DNA of 64,000 bases from Macrostomum lignano (Eukaryota). A program made the translations under genes and the position numbers. The stretch's first letter is position 1, and each line of letters starts with the position of its first letter. The stretch covers positions 406,350 to 470,349 of the forward strand of contig NIVC01000866.1 in assembly GCA_002269645.1 (NCBI GenBank), read 5' to 3'. A model generated the notes under the pieces. That model was not told the origin of the DNA. It searched no databases and saw only the letters and a program-made list of their open reading frames with translations. This document shows positions 60,734 through 64,000 of this stretch, piece by piece.

Positions 60734-60942
60734 TAGACAAACAGACAGACAGACAGACAGACATTAAGACAGACAAACAGACAGACAGACGGACAGCCGC
60801 CCGGCACTGCACCCGCAGGATGCTGTTCGATGGCCCGAGCTTCGACCTGCCGCCGAGTTTCTCTTACATTCCGCAGAAGCAGCCGCCTGCAGGCGGTGCC
60901 GCTCAGCCCAGCAACTCCTGCTGCTCCTGCCAGCTGCTGTAG
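55005..60942 (+). CDS. Unrecognised ~580-aa protein with 4-5 internal alpha/beta repeats and a C-terminal CaaX (CCSCQLL*)
   Basis: Exons 55005-55083, 55662-55923, 56622-57243, 58004-58198, 58757-58923, 59862-60026, 60186-60311, 60819-60942. All GT-AG and phase-consistent if one base is added at each of 58037-40, 59910-12, 60242-43. Strong GC3 bias. Confidence 0.75.
55150..55636. repeat. Minisatellite, 28-29 bp unit (gggtgagtaggcggatgcgtgggcggaa)
   Basis: About 17 copies, intron 1 of the 55005 gene. Confidence 0.94.
55972..56540. repeat. Minisatellite, 32 bp unit (tgtcaaatctctctcagagtctcatgcctgac)
   Basis: About 17 copies, intron 2. Confidence 0.93.
57290..57925. repeat. Minisatellite, 23 bp unit (ccctatgagaaatcgccctaaaa)
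   Basis: About 27 copies, intron 3. Confidence 0.95.
58240..58620. repeat. C/T-rich low-complexity minisatellite (tctccc[a/g]tctcccc)
   Basis: Intron 4. Confidence 0.88.
58950..59815. repeat. Minisatellite, 14 bp unit (gtgtacagatgg[g/a]t)
   Basis: About 60 copies, intron 5. Confidence 0.95.
60355..60790. repeat. (GACA)n microsatellite
   Basis: Intron 7. Confidence 0.95.
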
Positions 60943-61559
60943 GCGAGACTACTGTGATGCTACTGACAAGTAGTCTTGTTCGCCGGATAAAAATACCAAT
61001 GACTATTTTCTTTAACAATTTTAACATGTACTTTTTTGCACAAAACCGCGTTAAATTTTACTATTTATCTTTTTGCAGTAGTCCTGTGATCGATCCTGTT
61101 TTACTATGATTTGTCTAATCTCTAGTCACCAGATTTTCTGCTTTTATTTCACCTTTTTATTTTGCCTTTGGCCTTTTATTAATATCCGTCCAGATTCTCT
61201 AAGTGCAATTTTTCTGCTGAATAAAGCCTTTTTTTCTTTGGCATTATGCCAGCTAAAAATATTGATTGTTGTTGCCAACAGCGTACAAATGAAGGTCAAA
61301 ACAATAGTGATACATAAATTTCAGTTTTGTTTACATTTGAAAGAAAAAATAAATAAATAAAGATACTCTTTGTCATATTGTTAAGCAATTCTATATCGAA
61401 AAAAAACTTGTTTTATGTGTTTATATTATTAGTCCGAATTTCTTAGCTTGGTTATAGCGCATGAAAGATGGTCTTAGTGAGTGTGAAATATTTGGAATAC
61501 GAAATGTACATTGAATGTACTGGCATGTGAATTCTATGCATGTTTTGCATTTGCAATTG

Positions 61560-63080
61560 GAATCTCGGCTTGGCTCTGCTCGTGCAATTAACGCCCTTGA
61601 AGGCCAACCCCCACCCCAAGCACAGTGAAGTGTACATGCCTAACGATAAATAAAGCTAGGACCGCTGTGCACTCCTGTATGAGGGTTTGCCTGTGCGTAT
61701 GACTGCGTACGCATCCGCGGGAGTCGGCGGAATGGGCAATAATGCCTCTCACCAGTTGTGAGACAATGTCGCTTATGGGTGCACACAGCCCCTGCCTTTT
61801 TGGTCTTCTTCTGTTGGTTAGTTTGGCCATAGACAACAACTCGAAAAAGAGGAGGGGTGATAATAATGCTGTTGTTAGGTAGGCTTTTACCATAGACATT
61901 TCCCGCTGCTAGCGGGGTGCAGAGGCAGAGCGTCGCTTAGAAGTGAGGGGCCGAAGCCCCATATTCTAACCATAGAGTAAATATGCACCCTGTGACCCTA
62001 ATAGACATTTAGGAACCCGTTTTCAGAAGAAAAATGTTTGTGACCAATCATTGCCTATCATTAGAAAACAAAATTTCCGAACTTACATCCGGTTGTGTTA
62101 GGTGATGGCGTACCTTGTGGAGTTTCATCAAACACCGGTCTAACTGGGGAGCGGACCGTGAATTCGACTATTGGCTACAAGAAAGTGACACATTTTTGTT
62201 TTGCTATTCTATCAAATAAACCTGTTGTCCATGGTCCAAAATGCTTGAATAAAGCTGACCACCTTCCCTAATGGACTTTTAAACCAAGGGCCACTGCTAG
62301 AAGAGCAAGTCTAAACTACAACATTGTAGCACTCGTACAAACCATAGCTTCAAGTGGGACTTCACTGTGAACATGAGGAAAGATTTGGAATTTTTGTTTA
62401 GGAAGTCTAATTAGGTGAGTAAAATCGGATTACAGTATAAAAATAGAGAAAACAATCAGTCAGTACGAGTATGTTTTATGAGATGCTGTTGGAAAATGTT
62501 TGCTCAATTAAAATCAATTGAATTTGCTTTATCGGCAGGCAACTCTGGGTAAGCAAAGTACAGACTGTAAGTTACCAATAATGTAATATCTTGTGATAGT
62601 CAATCAGTTACGACACCTTCGGGAACTTTTTAACGCAACTTCTGATGATGCGAACTAACGTAGAGCATGAGCTTCTCCAGACTGTCGAATGTCATCTCTG
62701 GATTGCGTCTGACTGTGAAGGTCTCCTGGAAATGGGAATTGCTTCTTATTGCTTTTAAGACTTGATTGCACCATAAGAGACCCCCCCCCAGGAAAGTCAG
62801 CTGCTGTACATCCTTCCTGAGCTTAATGGGGGCCGGTGGTCAAGCGCGGGCTCTGATGTCCAAGCAAGCTCAGTCTCGATTCCAGGTGAAGTCAAATTAT
62901 TTTGGGGCTAAATCGAATCTCGGCTTGGCTCTGCTCGTGCAATTAACGGCCTTGAGGCCCGGCCCCCATGGCACAGTGAAGTGTACATGTCTAATGATAA
63001 ATAAAGTGGCGCCCTCCTGTGTGAGTGTGTGCCTGCCTCAGTAATGCCTCTCGCCGGGGTGCACACCTAGCCCTGCGCTT
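61560..63080. repeat. Pair of diverged direct repeats (~61560-61800 and ~62916-63080)
   Basis: Shared aatctcggcttggctctgctcgtgcaattaacg...gcacagtgaagtgtacatg.ctaa.gataaataaag and aatgcctctc..gggtgcacac. Confidence 0.8.
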
Positions 63081-63367
63081 CAAACTAATAAAAACGCATG
63101 CAATCAACAATTGGCTTACATCGAAGCAGCGATATTCGCTGGATTTGACATCGATCGGCCCTTGTACTGGTAGCTGTTGGACAGCTTCACCTGCAGGATT
63201 GGCACGGGCTCCAGCGACAGGTCGGTGCTGCTCTCGTTCTGCACGGTGACGGTCCGAGTTTCTTGGTCTCGATGAGTACGCTGCCTCGCGGGTCCCGCAG
63301 CCCGGGAGCTCTTCGTCTCCTCCTCGATCTGCTGGCCCAGTAGCGCTTGATGTTCCGCTCAACTTGT
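62630..63367 (-). CDS. Last two exons of an unrecognised minus-strand gene (frameshifted in this sequence)
   Basis: Exon 63367-63120 has a strong acceptor (tttccgatttccccctccag) and donor GTAAGC; exon 62907-62630 ends in a stop. GC3-biased segments QVERNIKRYWA / QQIEEETK / PGLRDPRGSVLIETKKL / TVTVQNESSTDLSLEPVPILQVKLSNSYQYKG / PIDVKSSEYRCFD join only with several 1-nt insertions. Confidence 0.45.
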
Positions 63368-63769
63368 CTGGAGGGGGAAATCGGAAATTTCCGGATTGCT
63401 TTTTCTAATCCGGTGATTAGGAGTAGTAGGAAATGGTACGGTCTGCGTGCACGTTGCTGATTAGCTGGCCAATCAGCGATGGGAGAGGCCTGGAGGCGGG
63501 GTGTGTTGACCAACGAAATCATGCTCGGACCACCAGACTCTCGACCAATCGAATTCCTTCCTCACATACCCCTCAACTCGGAAATTCCGAGGAAATCGGT
63601 GCCCTTCTAAATGCTTTCTCGACCAATAGAATCTCTTTGCCCCACAATACCCAGCTAATCGGAAATTCCAAGCAATCGGACCCTCTAAGGGAGCGACCCA
63701 CTCCTCGGCCTGTCCCACCCCGCCTCGAGGCCTCCCCTCGCTGATTGGCGGGTAGATTCGGGTAGATTA

Positions 63770-63885
63770 CCTCTGTCTGTCTGTCTTAGTGTCTGTCTAT
63801 CTGTCTGTCTTAGTGTCTGTCTGTCTGTCTTAGTGTCTGTCTGTCTGTCTGTCTTAGTGTCTGTCTGTCTGCCTGTCTGTCTTTG

Positions 63886-63930
<45 letters not shown>

Positions 63931-63950
63931 TTCTGTGTGTCTGTCTGTCA
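63770..63950. repeat. (TGTC)n microsatellite with tgtcttag variants
   Basis: Directly visible. Confidence 0.9.
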
Positions 63951-64000
63951 CTTTTACCTCGATTCTGTCCTAGTGTTAAAATATTATAAACTTATTGACT

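Noticed and set aside
62641-62672. CTGATGA motifs (also 25668 and rc 51983) as hammerhead cores
   Set aside because: No stem II followed by GAAA; 62641 lies in a probable antisense exon.
61560-63080. Direct repeats with AATAAA as LTRs of a retroelement
   Set aside because: No TG...CA termini, PBS, PPT or TSD found; copies are diverged and one sits in a probable intron.
63430-63760. CCAAT/GC-box and GGAAATTCC motifs as a promoter
   Set aside because: Lies upstream of an internal splice acceptor of the minus-strand gene and is semi-repetitive; no TSS evidence.

Overview
Eukaryotic (metazoan) genomic DNA, not prokaryotic. It has GC-rich exons with GT-AG introns, almost all filled by intron-specific minisatellites, and an interstitial (CCCTAA)n tract. 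The style resembles the flatworm Macrostomum lignano (inference, not verified). Genes reconstructed by hand with phase-consistent splice sites: (+) secreted F-type lectin + PAN/apple protein (10332-14305); (+) unknown coiled-coil gene (~16.9-19.0 kb); (-) PP2A B56 regulatory subunit (24557-19536, 467 aa); (+) Rabin8/Sec2-type Rab GEF (40906-44130, 352 aa); (+) DH-PH RhoGEF, ARHGEF39-like (48383-~54237, start not found); (+) unrecognised ~580-aa repeat-domain protein ending CCSCQLL* (55005-60942), which could be spliced in frame to the RhoGEF; plus partial unknown genes at 8550-8999 (+) and 63367-62630 (-). Mobile DNA: a full-length defective mariner, three TIR/TSD-bounded non-autonomous DNA transposons, a 1.3-kb foldback element holding an HTH transposase fragment, a tRNA-derived SINE, Helitron-like ends and a hAT relic. 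The 25-41 kb interval has CpG-void, CTAG/TAGGCCTA-rich blocks. From 53 kb onward many exons need single-base insertions to stay in frame, most likely long-read consensus errors. Nearly all long ORFs in the supplied track are translations of tandem repeats.
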